The translations under genes and the position numbers were made by a program. From a virus (lineage: Duplodnaviria > Caudoviricetes): a stretch of 37,161 nt of DNA. Within the stretch, counting starts at the first letter, position 1, and every line of letters begins with the position of its first letter. Below, piece by piece: positions 1-7,472 of this stretch. Where the stretch lies: the IMG/VR virus record IMGVR_UViG_3300042297_000348, positions 1 through 37,161 of that record; one strand, written 5' to 3'. Under the pieces are notes generated by a model. That model worked only from the letters and a program-made list of their open reading frames with translations, was not told where the DNA came from and made no database searches.

Positions 1-82
1 ACAAATGGTGCAGAGTGTGACTCAGTAGGTTTATTAATCCTGTCATTTGGTTTGCTTATGCTCGGCCAGATGCAGCTCTGCC

Positions 83-127
83 CGAATCCCCACGAATCCA
101 AACCCGAATCCAAACCCCGCCCGATTC
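83..127. repeat. short CGAATCC direct repeats (83-89, 93-99, 105-111) plus an inverted GATTC (123-127)
   Basis: Read directly. CGAATCCAAACC is a 12-bp tandem duplication (93-116). Confidence 0.75.
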
Positions 128-200
128 AATCCACCCCGCTTGCCTTGGCTTATGCTCTCGGCTTTGCGCGGCGACCTTTCATCTGCGCGCAGCGCAACAG

Positions 201-272
201 CACACCCACCCCACCCCCCTAGGCCACCCCCCGCCCCCTGCACCCCCACCCCCCGGCCCTCCCACTCCCACC
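201..272 (-). other. C-tract-rich non-coding segment, potential G-quadruplex on the minus strand
   Basis: About ten runs of 3 or more C in about 70 bp (cccaccccacccccctaggccaccccccgccccctgcacccccaccccccggccctcccactccca). Structure is inferred. Confidence 0.55.
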
Positions 273-346
273 AGAGACACACCAATCCCATTTAATTATA
301 TGTATGACAGTACACCCCCCCGTCTGTTTAATTGTATGGGTGACAC

Positions 347-478
347 GCATAAAAACGATTAGATATGTATAGAAACCGTTAGATTTCTTAACATATGCAT
401 AAAAACGTGTATAGGTTTAATGCCAAGTATAGCAGGTAATAACCTGCCTTTTGTGACTTAAGGCAAAGTATAACCTGC
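347..478. repeat. AT-rich region with direct repeats and a hairpin
   Basis: GCATAAAAACG at 347-357 and 397-407, variant GTATAGAAACC at 367-377, ATAACCTGC at 439-447 and 470-478, hairpin GCAGGT-aata-ACCTGC at 432-447. Confidence 0.6.
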
Positions 479-517
479 GTTATCCGCAATGGCCCCTGCA
501 ACGCCGTCCTTTGCGTT

Positions 518-757
518 TTAAGCCACTTTGGTATCAAAGGGGGTATCTTTGATCACCCAGCCCGTCAAATGCCGTGCTTTGAACTTAAATGAGTAGTTTA
601 CGTTACCAAGATCGCACACAAGGTTGCGATGCTCTTCTTCGGAAACCGCTAATAGGGTTTTATGCAAAATGTCCTCAAGGACTTCCTGTTCATGACTAGG
701 AATCTCAATGTCGTAGTGATTGTGCTGGAGTAGCAGACGGACGTATTTATTACTCAT
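518..757 (-). CDS. hypothetical phage protein
   Basis: 79-aa ATG ORF with plausible composition, tightly packed in the leftward gene run. Confidence 0.65.
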   Translation of the reverse strand: MSNKYVRLLLQHNHYDIEIPSHEQEVLEDILHKTLLAVSEEEHRNLVCDLGNVNYSFKFKARHLTGWVIKDTPFDTKVA

Positions 758-884
758 TGTTGTTTGATGGTTTGATGGCTACGATGCTGTCATGCGCCCA
801 TTGGATGCCGATACGGATGCCGTAGTACACGTAGCCGATGATCAGGCCAAAGACCATGAATGGGAAGAGGATGAAGGGTTTCAT
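750..884 (-). CDS. small single-pass membrane protein (44 aa, not in ORF track)
   Basis: Hand translation MKPFILFPFMVFGLIIGYVYYGIRIGIQWAHDSIVAIKPSNNNE. It fills the gap between neighbours exactly and has a hydrophobic N-terminal helix. Confidence 0.65.
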   Translation of the reverse strand: MKPFILFPFMVFGLIIGYVYYGIRIGIQWAHDSIVAIKPSNNNE

Positions 885-886
885 GC

Positions 887-1108
887 TTAGTAGCTGGGGT
901 CAGTGTCGGTTAGGGTTGCGATCAATTGAATACGGTAACGGGTATCGGCCATCTTGCCGCGCAGTTCGTCATAGAACTTGATGGCGCTTTCAATGTCGCG
1001 GGTGATTTCAATATCAATCCAACCCACTGGACCGTAACGCTGTATGTGGTACTTAGCCTGTGTAATCATCTTCGGTAAATGGTTTAATAAGTTGTCTGCG
1101 TTCATCAA
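887..1108 (-). CDS. hypothetical phage protein
   Basis: 73-aa ORF in the leftward run. Its stop lies 2 nt before the next start. Confidence 0.6.
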   Translation of the reverse strand: MMNADNLLNHLPKMITQAKYHIQRYGPVGWIDIEITRDIESAIKFYDELRGKMADTRYRIQLIATLTDTDPSY

Positions 1109-1409
1109 TAATTACGCCCGCAACACGGGCTAGGTTGGCATGGGTTTCCACAAAGCGGTGGCATTCGTTACAGCATCCCATCCATGTGGTAACGTCATTT
1201 AGAAACGGCCCACGGCGTTTGGTGTGGTGAATCTGCGTCGAACGGCGAGTGCAACGTCCGATCAGCCCCGGCATCTTGGCTGGTATTTCGCAGTAGGGCT
1301 TCTGTTGTAAGTAAATCTTCCTCAGTACATAATACCGGGACAGAGCCTCCTTTCGTTTCTTGCTGAAAGGAGAAATTCTCTTGTTCTTTTTCGATGTATC
1401 TTTTTGCAC
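1053..1409 (-). CDS. HNH-type endonuclease-like zinc protein
   Basis: YCEI...RC..STQIHH..RRG..LND.TTWMGCCNECH pattern typical of small phage HNH proteins. Start is uncertain. GTG at 1409 was chosen; the ORF track opens at 1484. Confidence 0.75.
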   Translation of the reverse strand: MQKDTSKKNKRISPFSKKRKEALSRYYVLRKIYLQQKPYCEIPAKMPGLIGRCTRRSTQIHHTKRRGPFLNDVTTWMGCCNECHRFVETHANLARVAGVIIDERRQLIKPFTEDDYTG

Positions 1410-1701
1410 GATAGGTTTTAACGACGCCCTTCGGTAGCTGGGGATTATCCCAGTCCCGTATGATAGCTCCCAAGTGCAGGGCACGTTTGCGGTACTCAGG
1501 GGTTAGTAAATAGTAGGGCAGACTGTTACCGTCCTGACACCAAAGCCATGTCCGTCCCCGCATGGCATTCATGTACTCCGACATTTCCGCGAAGGACTTG
1601 TCCGACCACATCCGACACCACATGTAATCCCAACGCCGAGCAACAAACAGAAGCGTCTCGCGCTCCGGTTGCCAACGAAACATGTGACCGACATAAATCA
1701 T
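1195..1701 (-). CDS. DUF4031-like hypothetical protein
   Basis: MIYVG...WCRMWSD..FAEMSEY...W.Q....PYYLLT.EYRKRAL.LGA resembles the DUF4031 pattern (recalled, not searched). The C-terminal ~70 aa overlap the HNH gene. Confidence 0.55.
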   Translation of the reverse strand: MIYVGHMFRWQPERETLLFVARRWDYMWCRMWSDKSFAEMSEYMNAMRGRTWLWCQDGNSLPYYLLTPEYRKRALHLGAIIRDWDNPQLPKGVVKTYRAKRYIEKEQENFSFQQETKGGSVPVLCTEEDLLTTEALLRNTSQDAGADRTLHSPFDADSPHQTPWAVSK

Positions 1702-1796
1702 GCGTCCAATTGCATGATAGCATAGCGTCCAATTGCAAGTCAGGAAACCCCCACTTGTTTATGTGCTTGACACATGGGGGTATCCCGTAAAAAAAT
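1702..1796. promoter_or_regulatory. divergent promoter/operator region
   Basis: Perfect 13-bp direct repeat GCGTCCAATTGCA at 1702-1714 and 1725-1737. Leftward extended -10 TGC-TATCAT (1714-1722). Rightward TTGACA at 1767-1772 inside the inverted repeat ATGTG-cttga-CACAT. Confidence 0.6.
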
Positions 1797-1801
1797 TTTT
1801 C

Positions 1802-2611
1802 ATGAAAGGCATAGACACACTAACGCCGGGGCCAGCCGTGCCCGACTACGATTTCAGCATTGTGTACTACACCAAACCCTTCATTGGTAAGTACCGCGAC
1901 CTTATCCTTAGCCGACTGATGCAGGGTGTGCCGCCAACCGCAGCAGTGCAAGGCTTGCCCGTCACCCCGCGCAAAGCCAAGTGGATGTCATACGCGATGG
2001 GATTTCGCCGCAAGGATTTCAAGGAGGAGTTCAAGATTATCGGCAGCGGTGAGTACGACTGCTACGACATTTACGAAATGTATGTCACCAAGAACATGTC
2101 GCTAGAGCAGATTGGCAAGAAGGTTAAGATCAATCGACACGCCATATCCAAGATACTAACCAAGATGGGCATGGTCGATAAAAAGGCGCATCGCAAAAAT
2201 AACATGACCGATGCTAAGTACCTACAGCTCAAAGCCGCATCAAAGATTAGTGCTGCCAGCCGCAGGTTGACCCCAAAACTACGCAGATGCAAACGCTGGC
2301 GCGAGCGGTACGGTAAATTCTATGATGCAGTATATAAAGATTTTAAGGCGGGAATGCCTGTTGATGAAATATGCGTTAAGTACAAAGTATCACGCGAATC
2401 TCTTAACAATCGGTTTGCTGGCGCACAGCGCAGGTATCACATTTACATGGACTGGGGCTGGAAATATAAATTCAGTGTCTTAGTCCCCAAGGCTCGCATC
2501 CTGCAATATGGCAGAGCTGCACAAAAACTTGGGATTAATGTGGTTGACTGGGCGACAAACGTGCTAAACTCTGCGGCTCAACTCAACGACGAACAAGATG
2601 CCCGAAGTTAA
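1802..2611 (+). CDS. multi-HTH DNA-binding protein, putative regulator
   Basis: HTH-like segments MSLEQIGKKVKINRHAISKILTKMG and GMPVDEICVKYKVSRESLNNRF, an RHH-like C-terminus, and very basic composition. ATG 1802 preferred over TTG 1733, which lies in the promoter region. Confidence 0.7.
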   Translation: MKGIDTLTPGPAVPDYDFSIVYYTKPFIGKYRDLILSRLMQGVPPTAAVQGLPVTPRKAKWMSYAMGFRRKDFKEEFKIIGSGEYDCYDIYEMYVTKNMSLEQIGKKVKINRHAISKILTKMGMVDKKAHRKNNMTDAKYLQLKAASKISAASRRLTPKLRRCKRWRERYGKFYDAVYKDFKAGMPVDEICVKYKVSRESLNNRFAGAQRRYHIYMDWGWKYKFSVLVPKARILQYGRAAQKLGINVVDWATNVLNSAAQLNDEQDARS

Positions 2612-3275
2612 TACCGAAATCATTACCGATCAAATCCCTGAGGGACCATACCCAAAGAAACTCAGGACACCGGAAGAGAAGTCAGAGCTGTTCATTCAGG
2701 CTTTTGACATGTTCATGCACGACCCGCGACAACCAACCATTGTCACGATTGCGCGTGAGCTACGCATGGAACCCGCTTCCTTGCTGCGCTATGCCCAAAA
2801 CAAGGGGTGGGAGCAGATGCGACTGCAACAAAAGTCGATTGTTAGCACGGTTCAGAACGAAAAACGACTTAACACCGCTAAGAAAGTCGATGAACGCATC
2901 GTCGAGAGCGCAGATTTAGCAATCACTAAGGCATCTGCCGTATATCTTGAGGTGATCAATCGCATTGCCGACCTTCCGATTGACCCAAAAGACGTTCCAG
3001 AGGACGAATTAACCAAAGATGATCACGGAAACGTGAAGAGTTACCCCAAACGAGCTAAACTTTTGGAGGAAAAAGTGTTTTTGATGAATCAAGCCATGGA
3101 CGGATTCATGAAAATGGCTCAAGGCGCTCAAGGAATTGGACTTGTGCTCAATAATAAGACGCTGAACACGCAATCCACATCCGAAGACTTGAATAAATTG
3201 ACCAAACTGAATGTTTTATTGCTAAATATTCAGAACGGTAAGGCTGAAAAAGAAATCAAAGCAATGAACGTGTAA
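2598..3275 (+). CDS. probable terminase small subunit
   Basis: N-terminal HTH (TIVTIARELRMEPASLLRYAQNKGW) followed by helical oligomerisation-type segments, two genes upstream of TerL. Confidence 0.6.
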   Translation: MPEVNTEIITDQIPEGPYPKKLRTPEEKSELFIQAFDMFMHDPRQPTIVTIARELRMEPASLLRYAQNKGWEQMRLQQKSIVSTVQNEKRLNTAKKVDERIVESADLAITKASAVYLEVINRIADLPIDPKDVPEDELTKDDHGNVKSYPKRAKLLEEKVFLMNQAMDGFMKMAQGAQGIGLVLNNKTLNTQSTSEDLNKLTKLNVLLLNIQNGKAEKEIKAMNV

Positions 3276-3279
3276 TCGC

Positions 3280-3525
3280 ATGAACACCGAAGACGTACAA
3301 ATCGTAGTAGCGTCAGATAAAATGACGCGCCAACGCCGCTGGCAGAACAAAAGATTAGCCGAAGGCAAATGCGTGTGCTGCGGTGCCAAAAGAAATCTGT
3401 ATTCGCAACGCTGCGACGCTTGCCAGACACAGGAAACTGAACGCGCCCGCAATCGAAACCGTTGCAATCCGTGGAAAGCTGGTGGGCGTGGGCGTAAACC
3501 TAAGAAAGAAGTCCTTGCTGCATGA
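3280..3525 (+). CDS. small basic zinc-finger-like protein
   Basis: CVCCG...RCDAC motif, Arg/Lys-rich, ATGA overlap with terL. Confidence 0.6.
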   Translation: MNTEDVQIVVASDKMTRQRRWQNKRLAEGKCVCCGAKRNLYSQRCDACQTQETERARNRNRCNPWKAGGRGRKPKKEVLAA

Positions 3526-5507
3526 CACCCGAAAAGAAAAAGCACCTGACCGAGCTAAATCTGATTCTTGAACGAGCAAAAGACGTTCACAACACGAATA
3601 GGTTTCAGGATTTAACAGAGGCAGTGATTCTAATTCTTCAAGACGAGGAATTTAAGCAGATTATTGCTCAAACGGATAAGAAGATTCAACTAACAACTGA
3701 GCAGGACCTTTACGGAATCGCCAGTGCGTATCTACGCATGTATCTACTGCGCCGCGACTATGAATCTGCGGCAACTATCCTTTGGGGACCGGAAACTTTT
3801 ACGCATGAACCTCGTTCCGTGCAAATGGTGTGGGATGGCATCAAGAAAAACCATATCGTTAACATCCTTGGCGCTGCGTCCATGGGTAAAACGTATTCAG
3901 CGTCAGCTTGGATGTTGCTGGATTGGATTCTTGACCCTGACTGGACGCTGGTGCGCGTAATGTCCACCAAGGAAGAACACGTTAAGAAGAATTTGTTCGG
4001 TGATATGCAGCGGCTATACACCAATGCTGTAATTCCGTTGCCGGGAAAAGCCGATACCGAATCTATTGCTACGGAACAGGGTAAGCGTGGTGGTATGGGC
4101 ATATTTATTTTGACGATTGCTCGCGGGCATGAGGCTACGGGAGCAATTAAGGGCGCTAAGATCAAACCGCGCCCCAATCATCCGTTGTTTGGAACATCGT
4201 CGCGCTCACGGCTGCTGATTGACGAAGCTCAAGAGGTTCCGACCAACGCATTTCAGGAAATCCCCAATCTTTATTCCTCAATGGAAGAGGGTGACATGGA
4301 GCACACAAAGATTGTGATGGCCGCAAACCCCAAAGACCCGCATTCTGAATACGGAAAGAATTGCACACCGGAAGAAGGCTGGGAAAACGTGCAAACTATT
4401 GATTCGCCAACGGATACTTGGACTTCAACTACAGGTTGGGCCTGTGTTCGACTGAATGCCATGAAATCAGAGAACGTAATACATCGTAAGGATGTGTATA
4501 AGCGTTTCTTCACATGGAATGGTTACAAGATGAAGCTGCGCCAGTACAATGGTGACCCCGATCACCCTATGATGTGGTCCGAGGTCTATGGAATGTTCCC
4601 GCCTCGCGGCAACAAGACAGCTATTGTTCAAAAGCATTGGCTGGACCGCTCGTATGGCGAATGGATATTTGATTCTGCTACCGAAACCGTAGCTGCCCTT
4701 GACCCAGCGTTCACCGGAGACTTGCCAGCAATGAGCACAGGGCGCGTTGGACATGCTGTGGCATGGCGAGATAGTCACGGCGAGAGACATGAGCTAGAAA
4801 CGCCGGGAATGCGCCTACAAATTGACGCTATCGGCATCCTGCCTCGCGGTGACACCCAAGAACTGGCAGATGAAACCATGTCCCGGCTCAAGGACCTTGA
4901 TGTGGAGCCTGAATTCTTTGCTATTGACCGCACAGGTGTTGGACAAGGTGTTCACGATAGCATCCGTAGGCAATGGCATCAGAAAGTAACAGGGGTTAAA
5001 GCAACCAAGACAGTTGAAGCCGCTCCTATCATGGGAATCAACTACTCTGAGTCAGCTACCGAGTTCCTTATCTGCGAAGAAGATACTAAAACGCCCAAAG
5101 AACTGTATGACGGCATCAGGTCCGAGGTATGGTATGCCACGGGAAGGTTTTTTGAATATGAATACATCAAACTTGGTGCTGGCGTGGATACTGAAACTAT
5201 TCAGGAGCTTATTGATCGTCGCGGGGGTTCACCCGCTGGTCGTGGAAAACTTCTACAAGTCGAAAGTAAGGACTCGTATAAGAGTCGTGGAAACAAAAGT
5301 CCTGACCGTGCTGATGCATTTACGATGCTGGTTCAGTGCGCTCGCATAGCTGGCGGCATCAAGCCCAAATCGGTCGATACTTTGGCTGAACCGGAAGACC
5401 CACCGCTATCCGCCCTAGCAAATAGCTTTAGCATTAAAATGGGAGATGCGTTAGACTTGGGCTTTAGCAATAAACTGCCCAAAGAACTAGCCAACGACAA
5501 AGATTAA
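3522..5507 (+). CDS. terL: terminase large subunit
   Basis: Walker A GAASMGKT, Walker B LLIDEAQE, coupling motif AANP, RNase H-like nuclease acidic motifs ALDPA, AIDRTGVG and SPDRADA. Confidence 0.95.
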   Translation: MTPEKKKHLTELNLILERAKDVHNTNRFQDLTEAVILILQDEEFKQIIAQTDKKIQLTTEQDLYGIASAYLRMYLLRRDYESAATILWGPETFTHEPRSVQMVWDGIKKNHIVNILGAASMGKTYSASAWMLLDWILDPDWTLVRVMSTKEEHVKKNLFGDMQRLYTNAVIPLPGKADTESIATEQGKRGGMGIFILTIARGHEATGAIKGAKIKPRPNHPLFGTSSRSRLLIDEAQEVPTNAFQEIPNLYSSMEEGDMEHTKIVMAANPKDPHSEYGKNCTPEEGWENVQTIDSPTDTWTSTTGWACVRLNAMKSENVIHRKDVYKRFFTWNGYKMKLRQYNGDPDHPMMWSEVYGMFPPRGNKTAIVQKHWLDRSYGEWIFDSATETVAALDPAFTGDLPAMSTGRVGHAVAWRDSHGERHELETPGMRLQIDAIGILPRGDTQELADETMSRLKDLDVEPEFFAIDRTGVGQGVHDSIRRQWHQKVTGVKATKTVEAAPIMGINYSESATEFLICEEDTKTPKELYDGIRSEVWYATGRFFEYEYIKLGAGVDTETIQELIDRRGGSPAGRGKLLQVESKDSYKSRGNKSPDRADAFTMLVQCARIAGGIKPKSVDTLAEPEDPPLSALANSFSIKMGDALDLGFSNKLPKELANDKD

Positions 5508-5509
5508 CC

Positions 5510-6103
5510 ATGAAACTAAATCGCGGCGTAGTTCCGCCTAACAACTTTCATTACCCTGTCGATAAAGGCGTTGTCCTCAGGGCTTCGACCTTGGATTTGC
5601 TCATTAAGGAGATTGAGACATGGCGAACACAGAACGGAATACCCGTGGGCAATCCTGAAAAGGACATTGATGACTACTTTTGCTCAAAATGGCCGCATTA
5701 CTGCCAAGTGGAAAGAAGCGAAGAGGTATTGATTCAAAAGAATTCCAATATGCTCAAGCAGGTTAACGGTTGGGCCGCTATTACGATGCGAAATACGCCA
5801 CAAGGAGGCTATCAGCTAGTAGATCAGAACGTAGCCACTGAAAGGGCCGCAAAATGCCTAGAATGCCCCTTTAATCGCAATTGGCGAGGGTCCTGCGGGA
5901 CTTGCATGAGCGCAACCGATACAATTCTCATCAGAATAAGACAGTTAAGGAAAATTACGCTTGACGAATCCCTGCTAGGTTGTTCAGTCAATGGATTCGA
6001 TTGCAAAACGGCGATTCATTTACCTGAAACTGCCTTTCAACTAACTGATGAGAAGAAACAAAGCCTCCCTCAAAACTGCTGGTTAAAACAATCAACATCA
6101 TAA
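5510..6103 (+). CDS. Cys-rich putative metal-binding protein
   Basis: R..KCLECPFN...CGTC...GC...DCK...NCW pattern. Confidence 0.7.
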   Translation: MKLNRGVVPPNNFHYPVDKGVVLRASTLDLLIKEIETWRTQNGIPVGNPEKDIDDYFCSKWPHYCQVERSEEVLIQKNSNMLKQVNGWAAITMRNTPQGGYQLVDQNVATERAAKCLECPFNRNWRGSCGTCMSATDTILIRIRQLRKITLDESLLGCSVNGFDCKTAIHLPETAFQLTDEKKQSLPQNCWLKQSTS

Positions 6104-6107
6104 TACA

Positions 6108-6302
6108 ATGCCACTGAAATCCAAAGCCCAAGCTCGTTACCTCTTCGCCAAACGTCCAAAGATGGCGGAAGAGTTTGCCAATAAAACATCTGGTTCGATT
6201 AAGGACCTTCCTGAACGCATTAAGCCAAAGGGTACTCGCCAAGCCCGACCTGTTACTACGGTAAAAAAGAACATGAATAATGCTCTTTCCAGCTTTGAAT
6301 GA
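6108..6302 (+). CDS. small basic phage protein (MPxKSKAQ type)
   Basis: MPLKSKAQARYLFA...LPER N-terminus resembles small proteins often found near phage packaging genes. Confidence 0.7.
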   Translation: MPLKSKAQARYLFAKRPKMAEEFANKTSGSIKDLPERIKPKGTRQARPVTTVKKNMNNALSSFE

Positions 6303-6574
6303 AAATCCCTGATCAAAAGCCCTTCGGACGTACCAAAGATTCTTGGTCGCGTGAAGGAACGAAATCCAAAAATAGCGAGGCTTTCTTGTCCAACTATGAC
6401 GAGGCTTTCAAGAACCGAAAGCCCGTCAAAGGACACGTTAAAATCGTGTACACAAACGGCAAGAGGTACGAAATCCTTAATCCCGTTACGCACGGTGAAG
6501 AGGGCCAAAAGGCTTTAGATAAATTCATTGAAGAGACTGGTGGTTTGCACCTTAAAACAGAAAAACTTATATGA
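6299..6574 (+). CDS. hypothetical protein
   Basis: ATGA overlaps with both neighbours. Confidence 0.7.
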   Translation: MKIPDQKPFGRTKDSWSREGTKSKNSEAFLSNYDEAFKNRKPVKGHVKIVYTNGKRYEILNPVTHGEEGQKALDKFIEETGGLHLKTEKLI

Positions 6575-6891
6575 GTAACGTAACCAAAACCGAAGAGCGT
6601 CCTCAAGTTCTTTGCGCCCCTACTTTAATTTTCACGCAAGCCGATGCAAACTACGTTGCGTCGCTTTGCCCCTATCACAACAAGGAAGGTAAGCAGAACA
6701 TTGTGTTTGTGATGGGTGGGATGACTAAGGAAAGCATCGAGAAACGCGAAGGTCGCATGTACGTTATTCATCACACCAAGGATGAGAAAACGGGCGAGGA
6801 AAAGGTCGAGAGTGAATGGGAATACAGCGTTCCTGTGGTCCAAGATAAAGCTCACAAGAATCAGTTTCACACTGCTATCAAATTCCAATGA
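6571..6891 (+). CDS. hypothetical protein
   Basis: ATGA overlaps with both neighbours. Confidence 0.7.
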   Translation: MSNVTKTEERPQVLCAPTLIFTQADANYVASLCPYHNKEGKQNIVFVMGGMTKESIEKREGRMYVIHHTKDEKTGEEKVESEWEYSVPVVQDKAHKNQFHTAIKFQ

Positions 6892-7208
6892 TTCCTAAAC
6901 GCTCTGGAGGGTTATCTTCTATTGATCTGTCAGTTCCTATGGGCGATGGCCAGCTCCCGCCCATTCCGCCTCAAGCAGCACTACCTGATTCTGCTCCAGC
7001 TTCCGCTGTTGTAATGGCCCCTAGCGCCAAATTGACCCCATCCGACGCTATTCGGATGCTGGAACAGTTTAACAAGGTTACAGAAATCACCGTTTCCAAT
7101 TCGGAAATAGCGAATAAGCTCTTGGCCAAAAAACTGATCGTTAAATGTGGCGATTTCGCCGTAGTTAGCGAAAAAGGTCTTGGGTACTTGGTTGATTTTA
7201 TTCTCTAA
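6888..7208 (+). CDS. hypothetical protein, possible winged-helix C-terminal half
   Basis: Pro/Ala-rich N-terminus, then ANKLLAKKLIV...VVSEKGLGYL resembling a wHTH wing. Operon-coupled. Confidence 0.6.
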   Translation: MIPKRSGGLSSIDLSVPMGDGQLPPIPPQAALPDSAPASAVVMAPSAKLTPSDAIRMLEQFNKVTEITVSNSEIANKLLAKKLIVKCGDFAVVSEKGLGYLVDFIL

Positions 7209-7211
7209 GCC

Positions 7212-7451
7212 ATGATCATCAAATGGAAAACGCCATTCATAGCCTTTATGGCAGTTTGGCGTCTTATTTGGGCTAACCTCAAGAACGATAATGTCTTATT
7301 GGATAATAAGACAATTGATCGTCGCATTGGGGCCTGTGAAACCTGTTTCTACTACGAAAACGAACAGTGTGCGCTCTGCACTTGCTATGTTAACGTAAAA
7401 GCTATTCTGGCCACCGAAGATTGCCCTATCGGACGTTGGCCTAAACCGTAA
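7212..7451 (+). CDS. small Cys-rich protein, DUF6171-like
   Basis: RRIGACETC....QCALCTCYVNVKA.....CPIGRW pattern (family recalled, not searched). Confidence 0.7.
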   Translation: MIIKWKTPFIAFMAVWRLIWANLKNDNVLLDNKTIDRRIGACETCFYYENEQCALCTCYVNVKAILATEDCPIGRWPKP

Positions 7452-7465
7452 ATCTTTGATATAGT
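7436..7465 (+). promoter_or_regulatory. sigma70-type promoter, leaderless for the portal gene
   Basis: TTGGCC-N18-TATAGT with TGA extended -10, then 7 nt to ATG 7473. Confidence 0.6.
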
Positions 7466-7472
7466 CACCAAT

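Noticed and set aside
43-295. 82-aa ORFs on both strands over the repeat/C-tract region
   Set aside because: Low-complexity translations of non-coding repeats. The plus-strand ORF has a TTG start and neither has expression signals.
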